This document shows positions 56,897 to 64,000 of a stretch of 64,000 bases of DNA, in pieces; within the stretch, counting starts at the first letter, position 1, and every line of letters begins with the position of its first letter. Source of the stretch: Clostridiales bacterium (GTDB lineage: Bacteria; Bacillota; Clostridia; Oscillospirales; CAG-272); the NCBI GenBank assembly GCA_022791195.1, contig JAAVYP010000051.1:44703-108702 (forward strand), given 5' to 3'. The translations under genes were made by a program, and so were the position numbers. Under the pieces are notes generated by a model that worked only from the letters and a program-made list of their open reading frames with translations, was not told where the DNA came from and searched no databases.

Positions 56897-58056
56897 TGAA
56901 CAAAGAAATTTACTTTGATAACAGCGCAACAACAAAGCTTTGCTCACCGGCGATCGATGCCATGGAAGAAATGATGAACCAAACATTTGCCAATCCTTCT
57001 TCCCTGCACTCAGCCGGGTTTCAAGCTGAAAAGCGCCTTGACGAAGCAAGACAAAGAGTTCTTGCCGCATTGGGCGTGCGAGATAAAGGCGCACGTCTTG
57101 TTTTTACCGCCTCGGGAACCGAAGCAAATAATCTCGCACTGATAGGAACTGTCCGCGCAAAGGAAAAATATCACGGCGGAACGATTATTCTTTCAGACAG
57201 CGAACATGCCAGCGTACATGAGTGCGCTGCCTATTTAAAGAAAAAAGGCTTCACAATTGTTTATCTTTCCGCCAAAAAAGGAAAAATAGATCCGGCAGAG
57301 TTAGCAGAACTCATTGACGAAAAGACTGTTTTGCTATCGATTATGCACGTAAACAACGAATTAGGTTCACTTTATGATCTGCAAACGCTTTTTCGTATAG
57401 CCAAGCAAAAAAAGCCGGATCTGATTACACATACAGACGCCGTACAGTCATTTTTAAAAATACCATTTACCCCACAACAGCTGGGAGCCGATCTTGTCAG
57501 CATCAGTGCCCATAAGATACATGGGCCTAAAGGTGCCGGCGCTCTTTATATTTCCGGGGAAATGATCAAGCAGAAAAAAATTTCACCGCTCATTTTTGGC
57601 GGCGGACAAGAAAATGGATTTCGTTCAGGTACCGAAAATACAATCTCTATTGCCGGGTTCGGCGCCGCGGCACAATACATGGCCGCCCGCATGAAAGAAA
57701 ATTATGTCCATGCGCTCAAAGTTCGCACCGCGTTGATCGAACACCTGTCCTCGTCTGTTCAGATCAATCAGGCCGAGTTGTATTCTCCCTATATAATCAA
57801 CTTGACACTGCCCTGCATTAAAAGTGAAACAATGCTGCATTATTTATCTGGTCAAGCCATTTATGTTTCCAGCGGCTCTGCGTGCTCTTCTCATAAAAAA
57901 GCACCAAGCAGAGCGCTTATCGCATACGGATTAACCGAACAAGAAGCAGACTCCTCTTTGCGCATCAGTTTGTGTGAAGAAAACACGATAGAAGAAGCCC
58001 TGTATACAGCCGATGCACTAAACCAAGGTATTAAAACACTAATACATGCAAAGTAG
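56896..58056 (+). CDS. Cysteine desulfurase (class V aminotransferase, NifS/IscS-like)
   Basis: PLP lysine context SISAHKIHGPKGAGALY and C-terminal SSGSACSS active-site loop. Confidence 0.88.
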   Translation: MNKEIYFDNSATTKLCSPAIDAMEEMMNQTFANPSSLHSAGFQAEKRLDEARQRVLAALGVRDKGARLVFTASGTEANNLALIGTVRAKEKYHGGTIILSDSEHASVHECAAYLKKKGFTIVYLSAKKGKIDPAELAELIDEKTVLLSIMHVNNELGSLYDLQTLFRIAKQKKPDLITHTDAVQSFLKIPFTPQQLGADLVSISAHKIHGPKGAGALYISGEMIKQKKISPLIFGGGQENGFRSGTENTISIAGFGAAAQYMAARMKENYVHALKVRTALIEHLSSSVQINQAELYSPYIINLTLPCIKSETMLHYLSGQAIYVSSGSACSSHKKAPSRALIAYGLTEQEADSSLRISLCEENTIEEALYTADALNQGIKTLIHAK

Positions 58057-58149
58057 ACAAGTATAATTCAAAATTTATTTATACATTTGTGCTACTATAA
58101 AGAAAACGATTCACAAAAAGAAACCACACTCGAAAGGATGACAATCAAA

Positions 58150-59772
58150 ATGGGAAAAGGGAATCGCATAAGAACTGAACGTGCCGATGAAAGACTGGCA
58201 AAAAAAGAAGCAGAAAAAAGAAAAAATAAAAAAGCCCGTATCAACCACATCATCACCATGGTTGTTTGCGTTTTTTTAATTGTTGTTTTAGTGGGCAGCC
58301 TTATTTTTGCCGCATTTAAAAACACAATCGATAAACATTTTCTGCACAGTTCTGTTTCTGTCTCATCTGAAAATTATCAACTCAACAATGCAGAAATGTC
58401 TTATTTTTTCAACACCCAGTATAACTACTTTTTGAATCAATATGGCAGCATGATCTCTTATTTCAATCTTGATACGACCAAAAGCTTGAAAAAGCAAGCT
58501 TGCACCATGGCACAAAAAGAAAATTACACATGGTATGACTATTTTGTTGATGCAGCAAAAAACAGCATAGAAGAAGTTTTCGTTCTATGTGAAGAAGCCA
58601 AAAGCCGTGGTATTGCATTGAACGATGAAGACAACAAAATTGTTGATGAAACTATAGAACAGTTGAAAAGTGCTGCATCAAAAGCAAACGTGAGCCTAAA
58701 AAAATACATTGAACAGAATTTCGGCAAAAATGTAACCGAAGAAGATGTACGTAATTGCGCCACCATGCAGCAGCTCGCTTCCAAATGCTATCGTGAAGTC
58801 TATAATGAGCCATCATATAGTGATGACGCCATTGCAAAGCAATGCGAAGAGAATATGGGAACCTATTATTTCTTCGATTATAAATCCTTCGTATTTAAAG
58901 CAGAAACAACCGACAGCGCTTCTGATGAAGAGAAAGAAGAAGCCGACAAAAAAGCTTCTGATGATGCCGATGCATTATTTAAAGCCGCCGTATCTGCTGA
59001 AGCCTTTGATACTTTTGTAGAAGACTATTACAGAAAAAACAATACCGTTGTTGCTGACAATGCAGACAACGCGTCCGACCAAAATGTTATGACTGAATCA
59101 AAGTTAAAAGAAAATGTAGAAAAAACATTGACAACCGGCGCCGCATATACAACCGAAACAGATCTTGGCAAATGGGCCTTTTCTAAGGATGCGATTGGCA
59201 ATTATGAACGCAAAGCCGGCGATGTAACAATCATCAGCGACAAGACAAATAACACATATACCGTTTATTATTTGGTCACTCCCCTCTATCGTCATGAATA
59301 TAACACCAAAAACGTACGGCACATTTTGATCGCAACGGATACTGCCAATTCAGGTGAGGGACTGAATGATGAAGCCGCCAAAGCCAAAGCAGAAGAGATT
59401 TTAACTGAGTTTAAGGCTGGCAGCAATACAAGCGATGCTTTTGGCGCCTTAGCTGAACAATATACCATGGACGATGGTTCCAAGACAACCGGCGGCCTTT
59501 ATGAAAATGTGAAAAAGGGACAAATGGTAGACGAATTTGAAGATTGGATTTACAGCTCTGAAAGACAGCCCGGACAAACCGAAATCGTAAAAACCTCCTA
59601 TGGTTACCACATTATGTATTTTGTTGGAGACGGCAAAATTTCTTGGCAAGTAGAGGCAGAAGAAGGCTTGCGCAAAGCTGATTATGACGAAGTCTACACC
59701 GGCCTAAAAGAAAAATACGAGTTGAATTACAATGAGAAAAATCTCAAAAAATTAAGCACTATCGGCGCATAA
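58150..59772 (+). CDS. Membrane-anchored parvulin-type peptidyl-prolyl isomerase (PrsA/SurA-like, long form)
   Basis: Basic N-terminus plus TM helix. Parvulin motifs VRHILIA... and GYHIMYF near the C-terminus. ATG at 58150 is preferred over the TTG at 58087. Confidence 0.8.
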   Translation: MGKGNRIRTERADERLAKKEAEKRKNKKARINHIITMVVCVFLIVVLVGSLIFAAFKNTIDKHFLHSSVSVSSENYQLNNAEMSYFFNTQYNYFLNQYGSMISYFNLDTTKSLKKQACTMAQKENYTWYDYFVDAAKNSIEEVFVLCEEAKSRGIALNDEDNKIVDETIEQLKSAASKANVSLKKYIEQNFGKNVTEEDVRNCATMQQLASKCYREVYNEPSYSDDAIAKQCEENMGTYYFFDYKSFVFKAETTDSASDEEKEEADKKASDDADALFKAAVSAEAFDTFVEDYYRKNNTVVADNADNASDQNVMTESKLKENVEKTLTTGAAYTTETDLGKWAFSKDAIGNYERKAGDVTIISDKTNNTYTVYYLVTPLYRHEYNTKNVRHILIATDTANSGEGLNDEAAKAKAEEILTEFKAGSNTSDAFGALAEQYTMDDGSKTTGGLYENVKKGQMVDEFEDWIYSSERQPGQTEIVKTSYGYHIMYFVGDGKISWQVEAEEGLRKADYDEVYTGLKEKYELNYNEKNLKKLSTIGA

Positions 59773-59801
59773 AAAAAGAGACCTGACGGTCTCTTTTTTT
59801 A
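59772..59801. terminator. Bidirectional intrinsic terminator
   Basis: AAAAAAAGAGACC TGAC GGTCTCTTTTTTT. Confidence 0.8.
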
Positions 59802-59823
59802 TGCATGATAGTAGCAACAAGAA

Positions 59824-60216
59824 TTAAATCCACCAGTGCGGCGTCAGATCACCAAGTGTTATGATTTGTTGTTTTTCATAATCCAGCATGATTTCGATTT
59901 TCGTATAGTTTTCCGGCATTAACTGAACCATCAGTTCCCGACACGCACCGCAGGGCGCTCCTGATTTGCCATCAGGCATCAGCGCTAACACTTTCTTAAT
60001 CTCATGCTCCCCATTGGTTATCATCGAAAACAAAGCACTTCGTTCTGCACAGATGCCAAGTGTAGAACATGTATCTACGCAAACGCCTGTATAAATGCGA
60101 TTGGTAGCCGAAAGAACAGCGGCGGCAACCCCGCCTGCTTCCACATATTTTGAAATCGTTCTGCCGTTTTGTACACGTTTAGCGGCTTGATACATCTCCT
60201 GCCATATTAAATCCAT
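59824..60216 (-). CDS. cdd: Cytidine deaminase
   Basis: CAERSAL and PCGACRE zinc-binding motifs, 130 aa. Confidence 0.9.
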   Translation of the reverse strand: MDLIWQEMYQAAKRVQNGRTISKYVEAGGVAAAVLSATNRIYTGVCVDTCSTLGICAERSALFSMITNGEHEIKKVLALMPDGKSGAPCGACRELMVQLMPENYTKIEIMLDYEKQQIITLGDLTPHWWI

Positions 60217-60250
60217 TTTTTATGCAACCTTTTCATCAACCTTTTTCGGT

Positions 60251-60985
60251 TTATGCGTCGGCATTTTCCCAGTTATGATACACTTGCTGCACATCATCGT
60301 TATCCTCTAAATGTTCAAGCAGCAAATTCATGTGACGAATATCCTCTTCGTCGCTGAGCGTCACATAGTTTTGCGGAATCTTGTCCTGTTCAGCCGAAGC
60401 AATCGAATAGCCCTTCTCTTCTATCGCTTGTCTTACGTCACTAAGCTGATTCGTCGCGGTATAGATCATGTAGAAACCATCATCAGCCTGAAAATCTTCA
60501 GCGCCGGCCTCCAGTGCTACTTCCATGAGCTGATCTTCGTCGAGTTTGTTATCCTCGTCCTCAATGACAATAGTTCCCTTATCCTCAAACAAATAGCTAA
60601 CACAGCCGGTTTGCCCTAAATTGCCGCCGAATTTATCAAAATAATGTCTTAAATCAGACGCTGTACGATTCCGGTTATCTGTTGTGGTATAAACAATTAC
60701 CGCCACACCAGAGGGGCCATAGCCTTCATAGTAAAGCTCTTCATAGGCAACATCGTTTTCGCCCTGCGCCTTTTTGATCAAACGGTCTATATTGTCATTC
60801 GGCACATTGTTGCTCTTCGCTTTTGCAATCAAGTCCTTTAACTTTCGGTTTACCGATGGATCAGCGCCGCCTTCTTTGATAGCAATCATCATCTCTTTAC
60901 CAATTTTGGTAAACACCTTGGCCCGCTGTGCGTCTGTTTTTTCCTTTTTATGCATTATATTTTTCCATTTAGAATGTCCTGACAT
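60251..60985 (-). CDS. YebC/PmpR-family DNA-binding regulator
   Basis: MSGHSKWKNIMHKK... canonical N-terminus. Confidence 0.92.
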   Translation of the reverse strand: MSGHSKWKNIMHKKEKTDAQRAKVFTKIGKEMMIAIKEGGADPSVNRKLKDLIAKAKSNNVPNDNIDRLIKKAQGENDVAYEELYYEGYGPSGVAVIVYTTTDNRNRTASDLRHYFDKFGGNLGQTGCVSYLFEDKGTIVIEDEDNKLDEDQLMEVALEAGAEDFQADDGFYMIYTATNQLSDVRQAIEEKGYSIASAEQDKIPQNYVTLSDEEDIRHMNLLLEHLEDNDDVQQVYHNWENADA

Positions 60986-61028
60986 GTTCTTCTCCTTTCA
61001 TTTCACAAAATGATGACAATCGGTTTAT

Positions 61029-62732
61029 TTAAATTTTTTCGGGTGTTTTCATACAAATTAAATGCATTGCATTTTCTAACACCTGTTTGGCCGCGGCTGT
61101 CAGGCGCAAACGAGTATTGCGCACCTTCTCATTTTCTGCGCCAACAATTTTGCAGGCATGATAAAAACGGTTAAAAGTACTGCACACCTCTAATATGTAA
61201 CGTGTAATCAAATAAGGCTCGTACTCATCTAACGCTTGTGTGATTCTCTCTTCAAATTGAGACAGTGTTTTGGCCAGCACCATCTCTTCTGCCGTGCTGA
61301 GCTCGCAGTCATTCCCAGTCGGACTTGCCTTTTTCAATACCGAACAGGCACGTGCGTAGGTATACTGCGCATAAGGGCCTGTATTTCCTTCAAAGGATAA
61401 AACATCTTCCATAATAAAATTAATATCCTTAATGCGGGTGTTGGAAAGATAGTGGAAAATGATAGCGCCTACGCCAACCGCCTCAGCGGTTTTCTCATCC
61501 AAAACTTCATCTGGATTCTTTTCTTTCATAATATCCGAAGCCTTAGCAATCGCTTGGGCAAACAGATCACGCAAAAGAATCACGTTTCCGGTACGGGTGG
61601 CTAATTTCGCACCATTAATGCTCACTGTGCCGTATGGAACATGGACCAATTCATTGTACCAGTCATAACCCATAAGCTCCACTACCTTGAACCACTGGGC
61701 AAAATGAAGACTTTGTCCGGCCGAGGTTACGTAAATCGCTTTGTCAAAATGATAGGTTTCTTTGCGATATACCGCCGCTGCAATATCCCGCGTAGGATAT
61801 AGGGTTGTACCGTCGCGCTTCAAAATCAAGCAAGGCGGCATATTGTAAGCCGAAAGATCGACAATCGAAGCGCCGTCGTCCTGCTTTAAAAGACTCATGT
61901 CTCTCAGCTTTTGCACCTGCGCAGGCATTTTGTCCGTATAAAAGCTCTCGCCCTTATAACTGTCGAAGGTGATATCCAGCTGTTTATAAGTTTTTTCATA
62001 TTCAGCAAGGCTGATTTCAATAAACCATTTCCAAAGCGCTATATTCTCTTCGTCCTGCTGTTCCAATTTTTTAAATTCCGCTCTAGCCCGTTCGTTCAAG
62101 CTTTCATCATGTTCCGCTTCCTGGTTAATGCGAACGTAGAGAGAGACCAGTTCATCAATGCCGTTTTCCTCAATCGCTTCTTTGCTTCCCCACAGCTTAT
62201 AGGCGGTAATGAGTTTGCCGAACTGGGTGCCCCAGTCGCCTAAATAATTGATGCCCACACATTGATAGCCTGCAAATTCGTGCATTTTTTTGAGCGAGTG
62301 CCCGATGACGGTCGTGCCTAAATGGCCAATATGGAAAGGCTTCGCCACATTCGGTGACGAATAATCCAAGACAACCACCTTGCCTTTACCCGTTTCGCTT
62401 GCGCCGTATCGTTCGCCTTCGCACAATACCCGGTCAATAACGCGGCCGGCAAAATGCTGATCGACGGTAAAATTCAAATAGCCGCCAAGCACGTTGGCAT
62501 TGCCAATGCCGTCACAGTTAAACTGATCGGCTATTTTTTCAGCAATCATCTGCGGCGAAGCGCGCAGTGCCTTGCTAAGTTTGAAACATGGCAGCGCCAA
62601 ATCTCCCATCGCTGCATCCTTAGGATATTCCAGCATGTCCTGTACATTTTCGATCGACAGACCATGCTCTGCATTGAATAAGCTCAGCTTTTGTAAAATG
62701 GCGTCAGCCAGTCGTTTTTTCAGTTCAATCAT
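61029..62732 (-). CDS. argS: Arginine--tRNA ligase
   Basis: Class I HIGH-type motif (PFHIGHLG) and length; DALR-type C-terminal anticodon-binding domain. Confidence 0.93.
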   Translation of the reverse strand: MIELKKRLADAILQKLSLFNAEHGLSIENVQDMLEYPKDAAMGDLALPCFKLSKALRASPQMIAEKIADQFNCDGIGNANVLGGYLNFTVDQHFAGRVIDRVLCEGERYGASETGKGKVVVLDYSSPNVAKPFHIGHLGTTVIGHSLKKMHEFAGYQCVGINYLGDWGTQFGKLITAYKLWGSKEAIEENGIDELVSLYVRINQEAEHDESLNERARAEFKKLEQQDEENIALWKWFIEISLAEYEKTYKQLDITFDSYKGESFYTDKMPAQVQKLRDMSLLKQDDGASIVDLSAYNMPPCLILKRDGTTLYPTRDIAAAVYRKETYHFDKAIYVTSAGQSLHFAQWFKVVELMGYDWYNELVHVPYGTVSINGAKLATRTGNVILLRDLFAQAIAKASDIMKEKNPDEVLDEKTAEAVGVGAIIFHYLSNTRIKDINFIMEDVLSFEGNTGPYAQYTYARACSVLKKASPTGNDCELSTAEEMVLAKTLSQFEERITQALDEYEPYLITRYILEVCSTFNRFYHACKIVGAENEKVRNTRLRLTAAAKQVLENAMHLICMKTPEKI

Positions 62733-62872
62733 ATTTCTCTTCCTCGATTATATAGTCTATATTGATCATCACCATATCGTGGTTGATTTTTCGCATCGTG
62801 CTCATTGAACCGCACCGATCATATATCGATTTAGTTTATCACAAAATCTTATTTTTGTCTATAGAAGAGCCC

Positions 62873-62901
62873 TTGACAAAGGAAAGAAAGTGTGATAAAC
62901 T
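62873..62901 (+). promoter_or_regulatory. Candidate sigma-A promoter for ylxM-ffh
   Basis: TTGACA, 17 nt, TG-a-TAAACT (extended -10). Confidence 0.45.
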
Positions 62902-62902
62902 T

Positions 62903-62927
62903 ACTGTAAAGTAATTCACTTTACAGT
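62903..62927. promoter_or_regulatory. Perfect 10-bp-arm palindrome at the predicted transcription start (operator or 5' hairpin)
   Basis: ACTGTAAAGT AATTC ACTTTACAGT. Confidence 0.4.
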
Positions 62928-63006
62928 TGTTGCCAGTAAAATAGCATTAGGCAATAATATTTTGTTGCTATTGATAGTAAAGTCGGTCAGAAAGGATGCT
63001 GCAAAT

Positions 63007-63342
63007 ATGGAGCTAAGCGAAAAAAATCGGTTTTCTCTGCTCTATGATTTTTATGCACCGATGCTCACGCCAAGACAAGCGGATATCATGCAGCTTTACT
63101 ATGCTGACGATCTGTCTTTACAAGAAATCAGCGAAATCACAGGACTTTCAAGACAAGGGGTCAGAGACGCAGTTAAAAAAAGTGAAAAAATTCTAATCGA
63201 CTGCGAAGAGAAGCTTGGTTTGTATCAAAAATACATGCAGCAAAAAGCTGATTTTGAAATGATCGTCCATCAGCTTGAACAGATAGATAAACCGGAAATT
63301 ACAAACGATCTGATAGAACGCATCCGAAACATGATATTATAG
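63007..63342 (+). CDS. ylxM: YlxM/UPF0122 putative DNA-binding protein (SRP operon)
   Basis: LYDFYAPMLTPRQADIMQLYYADDLSLQEISE..GLSRQGV. Located upstream of ffh. Confidence 0.88.
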   Translation: MELSEKNRFSLLYDFYAPMLTPRQADIMQLYYADDLSLQEISEITGLSRQGVRDAVKKSEKILIDCEEKLGLYQKYMQQKADFEMIVHQLEQIDKPEITNDLIERIRNMIL

Positions 63343-63350
63343 GAGACGAA

Positions 63351-64000
63351 ATGTTCACAAACCTACAAGAAAAGCTGAACGAAGCGTTCAAAAAGTTTAA
63401 AAACAAAGGCAAGCTTTCTGAAAAAGATGTTAAAGAGGGCTTGCGTTCAGTAAAACTCGCTCTTTTAGAGGCAGACGTCAATTTTAAAGTCGTTAAAGAA
63501 TTCATCAGCCGTGTCACTGAACGGGCCATCGGCACAGAAGTTTTAGAAAGCCTGATGCCTGGCCAACAGGTCATAAAAATTGTCAATGAAGAATTAGTTT
63601 CTTTAATGGGCGGCGAAGCGGCCAAAATTCAAATCGCTTCCAATCCGCCCACCGTGATTATGATGGTAGGGCTTCAAGGTGCCGGCAAAACAACCCACTG
63701 CGCCAAGTTAGCTGGTTATCTCAAAAATCAGGGCAAACACCCTCTTTTGGTGGCCTGTGACGTATACCGACCGGCTGCGATTAAACAGCTGCAGGTGGTG
63801 GGAAGTCAAATTGACGTACCAGTATATGCAGAAGAAAACAACCAGAAACCTGTTCGCATTGCTGAAGCCGGTGTCAAATATGCCAAGCAAAATATGAATG
63901 ACGTTGTCATTATCGATACCGCCGGTCGGCTTCATATTGATGAAGTATTAATGGAAGAGCTTCGCGCTATTAAAGAAACCGTGCAAGCCCACGAAATTCT
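63351..64000 (+). CDS. ffh: Signal recognition particle protein Ffh, N-terminal part (3' end outside the window; absent from the ORF track)
   Basis: Own translation from ATG 63351 (RBS AGGAG): MFTNLQEKLNEAFKKF...GLQGAGKTT...IIDTAGRL. The frame is open to the window end. Confidence 0.93.
   Translation, partial: MFTNLQEKLNEAFKKFKNKGKLSEKDVKEGLRSVKLALLEADVNFKVVKEFISRVTERAIGTEVLESLMPGQQVIKIVNEELVSLMGGEAAKIQIASNPPTVIMMVGLQGAGKTTHCAKLAGYLKNQGKHPLLVACDVYRPAAIKQLQVVGSQIDVPVYAEENNQKPVRIAEAGVKYAKQNMNDVVIIDTAGRLHIDEVLMEELRAIKETVQAHEI

Noticed and set aside
56182-57094. Minus-strand ORFs (99 aa, 197 aa) opposite the lipoprotein and cysteine desulfurase genes
   Set aside because: They are antisense shadow frames overlapping a strong plus-strand promoter and well-supported genes, and carry no motifs.
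62733-62960. Possible T-box leader upstream of argS
   Set aside because: On the minus strand I found no T-box consensus (..GGGTGGTACCGCG..), no specifier-loop architecture and no terminator/antiterminator pair.
1-64000. CRISPR arrays, rRNA genes, IS elements, prophage or conjugation modules
   Set aside because: No regularly spaced direct repeats, no rRNA-like sequence, no transposase motifs and no phage structural or T4SS genes were seen while reading the intergenic regions and the ORF track.

Overview
This is a 64-kb chromosomal window from a spore-forming Bacillota, Clostridia-like organism. The markers are AddAB, PolC, SpoIVA, YlmC/YmxH and an SLH-anchored peptidase; the genus cannot be assigned by eye. 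About 60 coding regions are supported. Core content: addB (partial)-addA; a cell-envelope cluster (M23/SLH peptidase, lipoprotein, zinc-ribbon membrane protein); the conserved block rpsB-tsf-pyrH-frr-uppS-cdsA-[extra ORF]-dxr-rseP-ispG-polC on the minus strand; ymxH-spoIVA; a GT2-response regulator-histidine kinase operon; galT-galE-pepD; ruvX; a PfkB kinase; a lipoprotein-cysteine desulfurase-PPIase operon; cdd; a YebC-family gene; argS; and ylxM-ffh (ffh runs off the 3' edge and is missing from the ORF track). Accessory content lies at about 11.8-26 kb. Next to tRNA-Pro(UGG) is an integrative island of about 10.8 kb with two overlapping tyrosine recombinases, excisionase and HTH genes, and a tight six-gene restriction/defence operon: XRE-HTH, Mrr, Vsr, C5-methyltransferase, PLD+B3-like nuclease and Z1-domain SF2 ATPase. 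The last pair resembles the two-protein ATP-dependent enzymes CglI/NgoAVII. The island ends in a recombinase 3' remnant fused to a decayed ABC-exporter pseudogene. An AT-rich orphan module follows: a small ORF translationally coupled to a cytoplasmic NHL beta-propeller protein. Signals outside the ORF track include a yybP-ykoY-like (Mn2+) riboswitch with an overlapping terminator upstream of a CaCA-family antiporter, several near-consensus promoters and terminators, a sigma-E-like promoter for spoIVA, and palindromic candidate operators. No CRISPR array, rRNA, prophage structural genes or conjugation genes were seen. All family assignments rest on motifs read by eye; no database search was run.
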